DNA of 63,933 nucleotides, counting the filler, from Octopus bimaculoides (taxonomy: Eukaryota), in assembly GCF_001194135.2 (NCBI RefSeq). It is 8 parts of 8 records of this genome, joined end to end, with 100 filler letters (N's around TTAATTAATTAA, not from the genome) between each part and the next. Parts side by side here need not be neighbours in the genome. Positions count along the whole stretch, not along the records: positions 23,301 to 42,435 come from NC_068989.1; 7 more parts are not named here. One strand, given 5' to 3'. Shown piece by piece: positions 24,771 to 37,749 of this stretch. Within the stretch, counting starts at the first letter, position 1. Each line of letters starts with the position of its first letter. The position numbers and the translations under genes were made by a program. The notes beneath the pieces were generated by a model that had not been told where the DNA came from, did not search any database, and worked only from the letters and a program-made list of their open reading frames with translations.

Positions 24771-25533
24771 AGATATAAAGTATTAAAGCCAACAGTATTT
24801 AACATTATCCACCTTACAAACTTACATTATCCTTTGCTTTCAGTTTCCACACCACTGAAGTTTTATCCCATCGTTAACACTAATTAATTACTTATCTTTC
24901 CTTTCTTTCTTTCTGTTTCAGGTTTATCTTTCACTTTTATTTCTCTCACAACACTTCTAATTCAACAAGATTTTTCATAATCTCTCTCTCTGTATATAAA
25001 TATGTGTGCGTGTATGCATATACATACATACAGATATATATACATACATACACATACATATATATATGAGTGTATGTGTAAGTGTGTGTATGTGTATATA
25101 AATATATATACAGAGAGAGAGATTTATATACATCTATATTATAGATATATGTACATGTATATATATTTATATATATGTATACATATACATAGATAAACAC
25201 ACGCACACACACACACACACCACATTATGAAAACATTGAAGAAAACAAAACTCATCAAAATGTGCTTATCTTCAGTTCATCTGATTTAATTTAATTGAAG
25301 ACTGTAACACATGGGAAGGAAAACTTACAACTGTTCACTGCAGTAAGGAAATCCTTAAGTCAGCCTCCCCCAAATTCAAGTTAACACTGTTGGTTTACAC
25401 ACACACACACACACACACAGATAGACGCAGACAGACAGATACATAGATAGTTAGGGTTTCCATAAATTACCTTTACACTTTGATACAATAAATAAATGGT
25501 GGCAAATGTGAAGGAAATTTATGATATATAAAA

Positions 25534-26146
25534 TGAGGGTGGGCTGAAAAGTTCATAGGCTGACTTTGAAGGAGTGATGCTAGAGCTGTGAAATTTTTCA
25601 TGCATTAATTTCAACTCTTCTTTTTAATAACTGCATTGTTTCTTTCCAGGTAAACTGACATTTGACTGTTCAAAGAACACTTCAAAAGTATCTAGTAGTG
25701 ACTTCTCTTGAAAATGGACAAAACTTGTTAAGGCAGTTACAAGAGTCTATCAAAACCAAACATCCACAAAAACTGATGAAAGGAGTCTTGTTTCATCAGG
25801 ACAATACTCCAGCACTCAAGTCCTTAGTTTCAATGGCTGCTGTGTATGACTGTCACTTTGAGTTGGTTGATCACCTTCTCTATTCTCCTGATTATTATTT
25901 GATTCATCCCCAACATGGAAAAAGCACTTGGCTGGGAACCAGTATCACAGATCATGTCACATCTGCTGTTGATGACTTTTTTGACCAACAGCATGAAAGC
26001 TTCTTCACTAATGTGATCCAAGCACTGCAACATCGATGGAAGGAGTGGATGAACTGCAAGGGTGACTATATTGAAAAATAAACCTCATTTGGTTACATTT
26101 CATGAGAGTATCTTGGACAGCCTATGAACTTTTTAGCTGACCCTCA
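25534..26146 (+). mobile_element. Internally deleted mariner element with both TIRs
   Basis: TIRs tgagggtgggctgaaaagttcataggctg / cagcctatgaactttttagctgaccctca followed by TA. ORF 25662-26081 has VLFHQDN, YSPD and RWKEWMNCKGDYIEK. Confidence 0.9.
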
Positions 26147-26173
26147 TATTTCTATATATATATATATATATAT

Positions 26174-26539
26174 AAATTAACAGATTGAGATAAAAATCCA
26201 AGGCTGTGAAAGATTTCATAACATTTATAAAGAGGTCTTACAGCTGTTTCCAGGAAATTTTATATATCCCTTCATAAGAGACAGTGCAAGAAAATGGTTA
26301 AGTAATAGTTATTCTAGAGAAGATATGAAATAGAGAGTGAAGTGGAGGAATGAAAACAGACGTGGGATATGCAGGGATATTGTATATCTTCTCTAGAATA
26401 ACTATTGCTTAACCATTTTCTTGCACCGTCTCCAATGGAGGGATATATAAAATTTCCCGGAAACAGCTGTAAGACCTTCTCTTTATAAATGTTCTGAAAT
26501 CTTTCACAGCCTTGGATTTTTATTTCATTCTGTTAATTT
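26174..26539. repeat. Foldback/MITE with ~155-bp inverted arms and ~57-bp spacer
   Basis: 26174-26326 is largely the reverse complement of 26384-26539; flanked by TA-rich sequence. Confidence 0.85.
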
Positions 26540-26709
26540 TTTATATATATGCATGCTAATATGACTTACGTTGGACTCCTCATTCACATAATCACCAAAC
26601 CTGGAGCTTAACTATAGTCTGTCCATAGCACTTACTCAGCATTACCTGACACTTTGGGGTCTTCTTGACACCATTACCTCTCATAACCTATATATATATA
26701 TATATACAA

Positions 26710-26820
26710 TGGAGTTCTTTCAGTTTTCATCTACCAATCTACTCACAAGGCTTTGGTTAGTGTGGGATTGAAGTAGAAGACACTTGCTTAAGGTGCCACA
26801 CCATGGGACTGAAATCAGAA
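26710..26820 (-). mobile_element. SINE fragment (31875 family)
   Basis: ttctttcagttt...ctcacaaggctttgg...gaagacacttgc in reverse. Confidence 0.65.
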
Positions 26821-27864
26821 CCTCTCTCCAATGAATAATTACAATTGACCAAGCATAGGCAAGTTAGGCTACAACTAACATAGATAAGCTGACATTAGCA
26901 TGTTGAGGCTTTCATCCAGTAGTAACTCAACTACAGATGAATGGCGGGAAAAAATACTATAATTAATTCATAAGCCAACAAAGGAGCCTCCATGTGGCTT
27001 CTTGAATAGCTAGAAATAACAGTCATATCTCCCTCAAATTGCACCCCATCATCTTGGAGATGAGACACATTGCATGATGTAGAGCAGATTATAGAATACC
27101 TACAAAAGGCAATGGAATGGTCACAGGCCAGGTCATGGTTGGATTGCTTTTGATCGTAAGTGTGTGTGATTGGTACTGACCAAGGGCTAAAAACACAATA
27201 ACAATAATAATTAAGCAAGAAATTCTGAGATTAAATGATCTAGGAAAAGCTTTAATGTCACAACTTCCCATTTTTCCATTTTTTTTTTGTTTTTCGTTTT
27301 GTTACAAAACTTCTGTTTTACTCAAGAAGACGTAATTATAATGGAAAAAAAACCCAAACACTGAAAAATGTATTAAAAACAAAAACATATAAGATAATTA
27401 AAACCAAAAATAAACAAAAGAAAGAAAGAAGAAGACAGATTAAGCATTCTTATTGATGGACAACTACATGTGCAGACAAAAAATATGGGTACATCGCATT
27501 GTGGAAAAAAAAAATCAATATATAGATTTAACAAACAAACCAAAAAGAATATAAAAATAAGCAAACATTTTCGCAAAAATTGAAGAAATACATAAACAAT
27601 ACCAAAAACAAAAAAAATCAGAATAAGATATATATATATATATATAAAAAAGAAGAGTAAAGAATGAAATAAATCACAGAATGAAATAAATCACAGAATG
27701 AAAGCAATTGATCAATTTAGTAAATATTGATTTGAAGTCCCAGAGTTCAATAACTTCAGAAGTAAAACCCCAACACAAATCAATGAACCTAATCTACCCT
27801 AATTACTATACAGTCTACACTAATATACTAATACATACATACATACATACATATATACATACAT

Positions 27865-27903
<39 letters not shown>

Positions 27904-28749
27904 GACAGATTGCTGACAAGAAGTGGAACATAAAACAATTAACTGAACACAGCTTAAGTTACATATATAAATGTGTGTGTGTGTGTGTGTGCTTGTGTGT
28001 GTGTGTGTACATATTGCTTTCTATTACATTACACAGAACAAAAATATTGCAGAAATAACAATGAAATGAATACATACACAACAACAGACTCATGCAATGC
28101 TTACATACAAACAAACAAACAGATTCACATCTATATCAATAATAATTTGTACACTTGGTTTTGTGGGGAAATGCATAAATGACGATCTAGAAAAAGATAA
28201 GGCTTTTCTGAAAAACAAAAAAAAATCAGGCAGCTAACTTGTACTTTACAAATACAATTTGTAAGCAAATTAGTAAAAATATGCAAGACTTTTCTCAATT
28301 TTAAAATGCGACATTGTTTTTGCTAACTATATTCCAATGATAGAACGTTGTGTGTTTGTTAGAAACCAGTTCCTTCTTTACAGGAATTGAAACTAGAAGA
28401 GAATGAATGAACAAACACACATGCGTACATGTGTGCATGCGTACATGTGTGCATGCGTACATGTGCGCATGTGTACATGTGTGCATGCGTACATGTGTGC
28501 ATGCGTACATACATATATACATACATACATAATATGTTTGTTTGCAAATTCTCGTGAAACATGTAAAGGCTAGTGAGAAATAACACCTTATTTAGAATCA
28601 AATGAGGTTGGCCTCAAGAAGAGCATCTAGCCATTACGTCCCATCTGACCTCAGGCAATCAATGAAAAGTAGATGTTAAATTGATGAAGATGATGTATGT
28701 ATGTACAGATGGATGCATAGATGCATGGACGGATGAATATGTGTGTATA

Positions 28750-29960
28750 ATGTGCTCTTATATTTTAAATTATTTGAAACCTTCCTCTGAAGAAGGAGCA
28801 GGTTTCTAACAAAGATACACAGTTCCATCATTGGAGTGTAGTTCACGAAATTTTGAAACGACATGCTGTATTGCTTGGCATTCATGCCTGAAGCTCCAAT
28901 ATGAACATTTCAGAGTGTTTGGGTGTCAATCTGAGGACAGTGCAGAGGATTTGGAATGAGTTAGATAAGTCTAATGGTAATTACAAAAGTGCAGCAGCTC
29001 GGAAAACTCACTCTGATTGTTCTGATAAGAAAAGAACTCCTGAATTTCTTGGTGAGATCCAGGTCATGATTGACAACAAACCCTCCAAGTCAATCAGGTC
29101 CATCACCAGGGACATGGGAGTGTCTGAGTTTCTTATCAGGCAGGTAGTGCATGAAGACATTTGGTATTCCTCATACAAGATGAGAAAGGACCAATTTTTA
29201 TCCCAAGCCATCAAGGACAAGAAGAAAGATCATCCTACAAAGCTTTTGAACAAACTCAAGCATCCCCTCCAACCAAACATGATTTGGTTTTTCTTAGACA
29301 AGAAAAATTTCTGCCAGAATCAGATGGTAAACACACAAAACAACCGTTGGCTTGTCATGTCCTCGAAACATGTACTGAGAGTGATAAAAATCAAACATCC
29401 AGTCAACATCATTGTATTTGAAGTGATCACTCATGATGGCGACGTTATGCCTCCATTCATCTTCCTATATGGCCTTGCATTCAACACATAGGACTACATC
29501 AAGTGCCTGGAAGAGGTAGTGCTGCCCTGGGTCAAGAGGGTGACTGCTGAAGACTCTAGCAGGAGAACCCAGTCATGGCTTTCAGATAATTTCTGAACAA
29601 CATCACCCCTAACATCTGGCCACCTAACTCCCCAGACTGAAACCCCCTTCATTATTATGTGTGGGGCGCAGTTGAGCGAGAGACCAACAAGACTCCTTGT
29701 AACACCAAAGATGAACTGAAGGCAAGGATTATGACAGCATTTACCAGCTTCAACAAAGAGACTGTCCAGAAGAGTAACAGGAGATTCTGAAGTTGTCTGG
29801 AGGCCATGGTTGAAGCCAATGGTGATTTTACTGAATAAATTTACTCTTTAGTATTTCAAGATATTTTTATGTAATTTTGGTAAATATATCTGTTAAAATG
29901 ATATACCAGTGTTATTTTCATTCTTGCATAATTTAGATGACAATTTATTCACCATCGCCA
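28750..29960 (+). mobile_element. maT/DD37D-type Tc1-mariner transposon (degenerate)
   Basis: ORF 28901-29491 has HTH SIRSITRDMGVSEFLIR and NTQNNRW; downstream WPPNSPD*NP; 3' TIR-like sequence near 29936-29960. Confidence 0.8.
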
Positions 29961-30067
29961 ATAATGGTATATATATATAATACATATATATGTACTTTTT
30001 AGGACTAATGGGTATAAGTCAATTAGTGTGTTGAGTAAAGCACGTTCACAGTTCAGGCTATCTGGTG

Positions 30068-30116
30068 TCATCCACAGTTGGGGTACATATCTGCTGGATC
30101 TATGTCAGGAATTTCA
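30068..30116 (-). CDS. Candidate terminal coding exon (xEIPDIDPADMYPNCG*)
   Basis: ctaacacag|T GAA ATT CCT GAC ATA GAT CCA GCA GAT ATG TAC CCC AAC TGT GGA TGA; phase-compatible with 36722-36746. Confidence 0.25.
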
Positions 30117-30130
30117 CTGTGTTAGTTAAG

Positions 30131-30232
30131 ATAATAATAATTGATGAAGGAGACGGAAGATAGATTTAACACCAGTCTTTATAAAGACTAGTGTTAAATC
30201 TATGTCCCGTCACATTCATCAATTATTATTAT
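30131..30232. repeat. Near-perfect ~100-bp palindrome/hairpin
   Basis: ~50-bp arms with 5 mismatches and a 3-nt loop (ata at 30181). Confidence 0.85.
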
Positions 30233-30505
30233 TATTATTATTATATGCGTGCATGTGTATGTGCACACATGTACCTTGTGTGTTTGTGAGTCTGTGTGTA
30301 TGCACAAAGATTCTAGATAGAAAGATCCAAAAGATGAAGCATTCAACTGATCATAAGTGATTTCACTTGCCAAGCCTCTTGTCTACATATGATGCCCTGT
30401 CTCCTACTCTCTCTCCCTCTCTGATTCTCTTTTCTCTCACTCTCTCTCTCTCTTTCATTCCCTCTATCTCTTTTTCCCCTCTTTATCTATCTCCCTATCT
30501 ATCCA

Positions 30506-30540
<35 letters not shown>

Positions 30541-30661
30541 CAATACTACAAAAATTGCCTCTAATCATGATCAGTTAAACGCTCCATCTTTTGGATCTTT
30601 CTATCTAGAATCTTTGTGCATACACACAGACTCACAAAGACACATTCACACACACACACAC

Positions 30662-30741
<80 letters not shown>

Positions 30742-31743
30742 ATATATATACATACATACATTGCTTCTCTTCCTCTAAGCTACATTGTGCTAAGCTACCT
30801 TGTACCACCACCACTACCACTACTACCACGACCACCACCACCACCACCACCATCATCTAGATCTAGCTGACACACCTGTTGCTACTCTTTTTATCACTTG
30901 CTATGTTTCAGTCCAAACATTTTAACCAATCTTGCCTCTGACCAAGAAATCAACTCCTATCTCCTTCCTCTCTCTCCATTGAAATTCTCTCCTCCTGCTC
31001 TCCACAAACATATTCTTTCCCCACCCCCACCTCCAGCAAACATCAACATTCACACATAACACATACTACATCCGTCACACCCCAGTATTAGAGACCCTGT
31101 GAAAGGGAATGAATGCTGCTAATTCTCCTTCACTAAACCGCAACAACAACAGAAACAACAAAATAAAGAAATAACATTATATTCCTTAATTCTCTTAAGG
31201 AATAGGAAGACAGAATGAATGCTACACCAGATGATTCCTCTACACCTGCCTATTCCATCTCCTCCACCTCTTTACCTTCCATTCTACCACAACAGCCATC
31301 TCCACCACCACCACCACCACCACCATCACCTACTCCTAATTAATTTAATGACCTTCTTCGTCACTGAAGAAATCAATATCTATTGAGGTCACAAGAACAG
31401 AAGAATCAGAACATATAAATGAATCTAAGTGTCAATCAAATATCAACAAAACAACAACAACAACACTAATAATAATGATAATAATAATAATAAAAAAATG
31501 ATATAAAATAACAGCAGTGCCAAAGACAGTTTTCTTTGACAGTTTGTGTTTGTGTTCTTCAGTTAGTTTTGTGAACAGAAGCCATTATTTTAATCTGTCA
31601 CATTCTTGAACTAGTTGTTTGTAACAAGCTAAGATCGTTAATAGTTAATATTTTGTAGTCGTTGATTAACATTAGTGTTCATATATATATATATATACAA
31701 TTTAAATATAGGATAAAATCTTTATAAGAATTTATCAAATAGT

Positions 31744-31778
<35 letters not shown>

Positions 31779-31817
31779 GTGATATATATGTATTGATGTG
31801 TGTGTGTGAATACATAC

Positions 31818-31848
<31 letters not shown>

Positions 31849-31874
31849 TTATGTGTGTTTGTGTTTGTGTATAT

Positions 31875-32620
31875 AGGTGCAGTGTGGTTGTGTAGTAATA
31901 AGCTTGCTTCCCAACCACATGGTTCCAGGTTCAGTGCCGCTGCATTGCACCTTGGGCAAATGTCTTCTACTACAGTCTTGGGCTGACCAAAGCCTTGCGA
32001 ATGGAGTTGGCAGACGGAAGCTGAAAGAAGTCTGTTGTATATATATATANNNNNNNNNNNNNNNNNNNNNNNNNNNNNNNNNNNNNNNNNNNNNNNNNNN
32101 NNNNNNNNNNNNNNNNNNNNNNNNNNNNNNNNNNNNNNNNNNNNNNNNNNNNNNNNNNNNNNNNNNNNNNNNNNNNNNNNNNNNNNNNNNNNNNNNNNNN
32201 NNNNNNNNNNNNNNNNNNNNNNNNNNNNNNNNNNNNNNNNNNNNNNATGTTGGTGTATGTACATCCCCGTAACCTAGTGGTTCAGCAAAAGAGACCGATA
32301 GTATAAGTACTAGGCTTAGAAAGAATAAGTCCTGGGGTTGATTTGTTCGACTAAAGGCGGTGATCCAGCATGGCTGCAGTCAAATGACTGAAACAAGTAA
32401 AAGAAGATATTTGTGTGTGTGTGTGCTTGTCCACCACCCCTCCATCGCTTGACAACTAATGTTGGTGTGTTTACATCCCTGTAACTTAGACGTTCAAGTA
32501 AAAGAGACCGATAGAATAAGTACTAGGCTTACAAAGAATAAGTCCTGGGGTCGATTTGCTCGACTAAAGGCGATGCTCCAGCATGGCCACAGTCAAATGA
32601 CTGAAACAACTAAATGACAT
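31875..32620 (+). mobile_element. SINE cluster (full SINE across a gap plus a tandem second body)
   Basis: Head gcttcccaaccacatggttccaggttcagt; body repeated at 32247-32400 and 32455-32615. Confidence 0.8.
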
Positions 32621-33499
32621 ATATATGGATGGATGGCTGTGTGGTTAAGAAGCGTGTTTCGCAATCTCATGATTTCTGGTTCAGTCCATGTGCAAGATAG
32701 TTAGCCTCAGTGAAATTTAATCTCTGAGTGCACAGAGCCAGAACAGATACCACAAGGTTTCCTATCTGACACTTTAACAACACTGCTAATTCTTCACTTT
32801 ATCACAGTACCATGATGATGCTATTCTCTCAGTTGCAGCAATCTTGGGTCGACTACCTCACCAGACAAGTACAATACTGAAATATTTGAATTTTTAATAT
32901 ATTTTAAATAAATGTTACATATATTGCTACACCTACAACAAACAGCCGTTGTAACACTTCACATCAACATTGATATGACACAACAGCACAAAAGAGGAGA
33001 TTAAAAAAAAGCATTTGTTGATAACGCAACTGACTATCTTATAGAAAATAATCACAAACCAAATTTTTTAAAATTCGGTCACTGAAATGAAAACCATATT
33101 GATAAGAAGGATAAGACAAAAATCAACACAAGACATATCGTATGCTAGCAACAAACCAATAGAAGACTCCACAGCCCAACTATTTTGTTTATTGCTAAAG
33201 AAACATGACATTAATATGGCCAACTATGACTTTATTTAAAGTCTAGCAATAATAAATGAGAAGTAAGCAGCAACACATTGTTGCTATGATTCAAGTCTAT
33301 AAAATGGTAATAAGAACTGCTAGTAAAATTATTTCATGAAGCAGATAAGATAAGAGGAAGTCATGAAACTATGATGAGCTTTGAAAATTTTGCTATTGTC
33401 TCAAACAAAACATAAATGACTAACGTTATGGAAATATGAAAAAAAAATCCTTAATAAATGATTTAACATACCAGTATTGGTGCGCTTCCAAACCTATGG

Positions 33500-33578
<79 letters not shown>

Positions 33579-33620
33579 TGTGTGCATGTGAAGATACATA
33601 TATATATACATATATATATA

Positions 33621-34417
33621 CAAGGTGTGATGGGTAAATTATCGCCATTTTATTTCTGATTTTGTGCATGCATAGTATTGTTTGTTTTTGATTTTGTTGA
33701 TTACACAGTTTAGTAGGGCCAGTTGGGTATCGTATGTGAGAAAAACAGCACAATAACGCAATTCACTGACAGAAATTTGAAAATGACATGCTGTACCGCT
33801 TAGCATTCATGCTGGAAGCTCCAATACAAACATTTCAGAGTGTTTCAGTATCAATCTGAGGACAGTACAATCTGAAGACATCTACCAAGAGTGATGAAAC
33901 TCAAACATTCAGTCAACATCATAGTGTTTGGAGTGATCACTAGCGATGGCAATGTTTTGCCTCCATCAAACTTCCCACACAGCCTCACACTCAACACGGA
34001 GGCCTACATCAAGTGCCTGTAAGAAGTAGTGCTACCCTGTGTCAATAGGATAGCTGCTGGAAGACCCTATGTCTGGCAACAGGACTCTGCACCATGCCAT
34101 ACAAGCAGGAGAACCCAGTCATGGCTGTCAGACAATTTCTGCGTCCACATCATCCCTAACATCTGGCCAACTAACTCCCCAGACTGAAACCCACTTCATT
34201 ATAATGTGTGGGGCACAGTTGAGCGAGAGACCAACAAAACTCCTTGTAACAACAAAAGATGAACTGAAGGCAAGAATTATGGCAGCATTCACCAACTTAA
34301 ACAAAGAGACCATCCAGAAGAGTTGCAGGAGATTCCGAAGTCATCTGGAGGGTGTGGTTGAAGCCAATGGTGATTTTATTGAATAAATTTACTCTTTAGT
34401 ATTTCAAAATATTTTAN
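33621..34417 (+). mobile_element. Second maT/DD37D-type copy, internally deleted
   Basis: Aligns with 28850-28940 and then 29380-29870; retains YVWQQDSAPCHTSRRTQSWLSDNF; 5' TIR ta-caaggtgtgatgggtaaattatc. Confidence 0.8.
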
Positions 34418-34776
34418 NNNNNNNNNNNNNNNNNNNNNNNNNNNNNNNNNNNNNNNNNNNNNNNNNNNNNNNNNNNNNNNNNNNNNNNNNNNNNNNNNNN
34501 NNNNNNNNNNNNNNNNNNNNNNNNNNNNNNNNNNNNNNNNNNNNNNNNNNNNNNNNNNNNNNNNNNNNNNNNNNNNNNNNNNNNNNNNNNNNNNNNNNNN
34601 NNNNNNNNNNNNNNNNNNNNNNNNNNNNNNNNNNNNNNNNNNNNNNNNNNNNNNNNNNNNNNNNNNNNNNNNNNNNNNNNNNNNNNNNNNNNNNNNNNNN
34701 NNNNNNNNNNNNNNNNNNNNNNNNNNNNNNNNNNNNNNNNNNNNNNNNNNNNNNNNTATATATATATATATATATA

Positions 34777-35017
34777 TGAGATTGTTTCAAAAAGTATCAG
34801 GATTGGTGCGATAAAAAGAAGACAACAACACAAATCAATTTGATATTGAATCTACTTCAAAGCAGTCCCTACACACTTTAACCAGCATTGTCTCCATTAA
34901 TGGAACCATTCCTGGAACTCCTTTTTAAGGATAGCAAGCATGCCATGCAGCTTCACTCTGCATACTTTAGCTCCGTTGCCATAATGAAATTCCTCATATT
35001 TTTTTGACCAGCCCTCA
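34777..35017. mobile_element. Mariner-derived MITE
   Basis: Imperfect TIRs tgagattgtttcaaaaagtatc / atattttttgaccagccctca, each flanked by TA. Confidence 0.55.
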
Positions 35018-35274
35018 TATATATGTGTATATAAATATATATATACATACATACATGTCAGCATGGCCATTAAATGATGATGATGATACACACAGACAGA
35101 CATACGTCTATGAATAAGTATATATAGGATTGTTTATATAAACATGAGAAATAGCACTCAACACAAAGTAGAGTGCTTATACTTGATAAAGTGGTTTTAT
35201 ATGAAATTCTCATCCCTTAAGTTACTTATATAACTACTCAGCTATAATATACACATATAATTATTTATTTATAG

Positions 35275-35343
<69 letters not shown>

Positions 35344-36312
35344 CCAAAATGTACAGTATTATATATCCATTGTGGTTAGTCTTACCAATTGGTTTCACAC
35401 TAGGAGTACAACAGAGTGTTAGGTAACAATCCAATCATATAACCCTTCACTCATCAGAGGTAGCTGATATGGAATGAAATATGGCGACTGCTCTCTATTG
35501 TTGGAGCTGTATGGTCATATCCATAATGACATACACACATATATACATACATCATAATATATAAAAGTGAATGTATATATGTATATCACAATATATGTAG
35601 GTTCCAAGACACCTAATGTTTTGCACCTGTGTCACTGAAATTTTGCAATTAGGGTGAGCAACTATTATTTTCAAGGAGAAAATCCCAGAATATGCAACTT
35701 TTTATATTTTCAGAAAGAAAAATACAAGAATTGCTTGAATGCAACAATTCTGAGAGAATCAACATTCTCAGACCAACTGAAGATTATCAGCATCGTTTTA
35801 AAAGCAATTTATCCAAAATATAAGGAATTCATGTTTAATTGTATTATTTGAGGTATTAATAAACTTGTGGAAGGTCAAGTACAGTAGCTACTGCTTGTGT
35901 GTCTATGTGTGTGCTTATGTGTGTGCATGTATGTGAATGTACATAAATATATATAGATACGCACAAAAACACATGCACATGCATATATGTATGTATGTAT
36001 GTATGTATGTGTGTGTGTATATATATATATATCTATATATATATATACACACACATTTATANNNNNNNNNNNNNNNNNNNNNNNNNNNNNNNNNNNNNNN
36101 NNNNNNNNNNNNNNNNNNNNNNNNNNNNNNNNNNNNNNNNNNNNNNNNNNNNNNNNNNNNNNNNNNNNNNNNNNNNNNNNNNNNNNNNNNNNNNNNNNNN
36201 NNNNNNNNNNNNNNNNNNNNNNNNNNNNNNNNNNNNNNNNNNNNNNNNNNNNNNNNNNNNNNNNNNNNNNNNNNNNNNNNNNNNNNNNNNNNNNNNNNNN
36301 NNNNNNNNNNNN

Positions 36313-36345
<33 letters not shown>

Positions 36346-36721
36346 AACACACACACACACATAGAAATGATGTTGTGAGTGGCATTAACAAATAACACAT
36401 TCACCTGCTAACCAAAGAATGCATGGCTTGTTTCCCATCTGCATCAAGTTTGTTAGTTTTCATCTCAAATTGCACACATTTACAAATGCATACACTGTTC
36501 ACACACAGACACACACACACATATAGACATTTGTAGCGATGAAATGTTTGTCAGTATACACAGCAACTTATGCAGTTGGAATCAGTGATTTCACGGTACA
36601 CCTATGTGAATTCAACACAGAGAAAGATGATCTTTAAATAAAACTGTACAAAGAAAATATGGTATATTTTCAAGAAGTTACCCCCATGAAGCGTCTTGAT
36701 ATTTTGGTCGTGACCTCTTAC

Positions 36722-36746
36722 CTCATCAGCCCTTCTTGGACTTCAA
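36722..36746 (-). CDS. Candidate 25-nt internal exon of an unidentified host gene (xEVQEGLM, phase 1 to 2)
   Basis: atgctatcttttag|TTGAAGTCCAAGAAGGGCTGATGAG|gtaaga; unique, purine-rich sequence; no homology recognised. Confidence 0.3.
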
Positions 36747-36799
36747 CTAAAAGATAGCATCCTCGTTATTCACATAACTTATAGAAGAGTCTTGCATCA

Positions 36800-37210
36800 T
36801 GTGTGGCTGGTGTTTGTGGTAAGAAGTTTGCTTCCCAACCACATGGTTCTAGGTTCATTTGGGCAAGTGTCTTATACTATAGCCCCAGGCCAACAAGACT
36901 CTTGGGAGTGGATTTAGTAAATGGAAATTGAAAGAAGCCCATCATATAAATATATATGCGTGTGCATGCGTGCATGTGTTTGTGTCTTTGTGTTTGTGTT
37001 TGTTCCTCTCCACCACTTGACAACAGATGTTGGTGTGTTTACATCCCCAAAACTTGGCAGTTCAACAATACGGACTGATAGAATAAGTACCAGGTTTAAC
37101 AAAAAATGTTTTAAGATAAGTATTGGAGTCAATTTATTTGACTAAAAATTCTTCAAGATGGTGCCCCCAGCATGGCTTCAGCTTAACTACTAAAACAAGT
37201 AAGAGATAAA
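36800..37210 (+). mobile_element. SINE, near complete (31875 family)
   Basis: Head, (TA/TG) linker and body all present; CpGs decayed. Confidence 0.75.
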
Positions 37211-37714
37211 TGATGTGCTGCAACCGCTGCTGTCATCATTTAACATCTGTTTTCCATGCTGGCATGGGTTGGATGGTTTAATAGGAGCTGGCAAGGCTAG
37301 GAGCCACACTAAGTTTCATTGTCTGTTTTGGTATGATTTCTATAGCTGGATTCCATTCCTAATGCCACACACATTTTAGAGTGTACTGGATACTTGCATG
37401 TGTGTGTTAATGTCACACTTTGCTTTGACATCAAGTGATAGTCGTAAATAAGTGTGACTGTCATACAAGCAGTGTCGTTCATTTCCAATCTTCTGTGAAA
37501 GCATTTATGACCATGGGGGAAATATTACCTTGCTTGGAAATAGATCTTTTAATGTCCATCTTCCATACTGGCATGGGTTGGACAACCACTACCCCTCCAC
37601 ACACACACATACTCATACATATACATATATATGCCCAATCCATACCAGCATGAAAAAATAGATGTAAAAATGAACAAGCAAATGCTTGCAAGGATACATG
37701 CATGCACATGCACA

Positions 37715-37749
<35 letters not shown>

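Noticed and set aside
28430-28510. 16-bp tandem units, and other short arrays, as CRISPR-like repeats
   Set aside because: No unique spacers; a simple minisatellite in a eukaryotic context.
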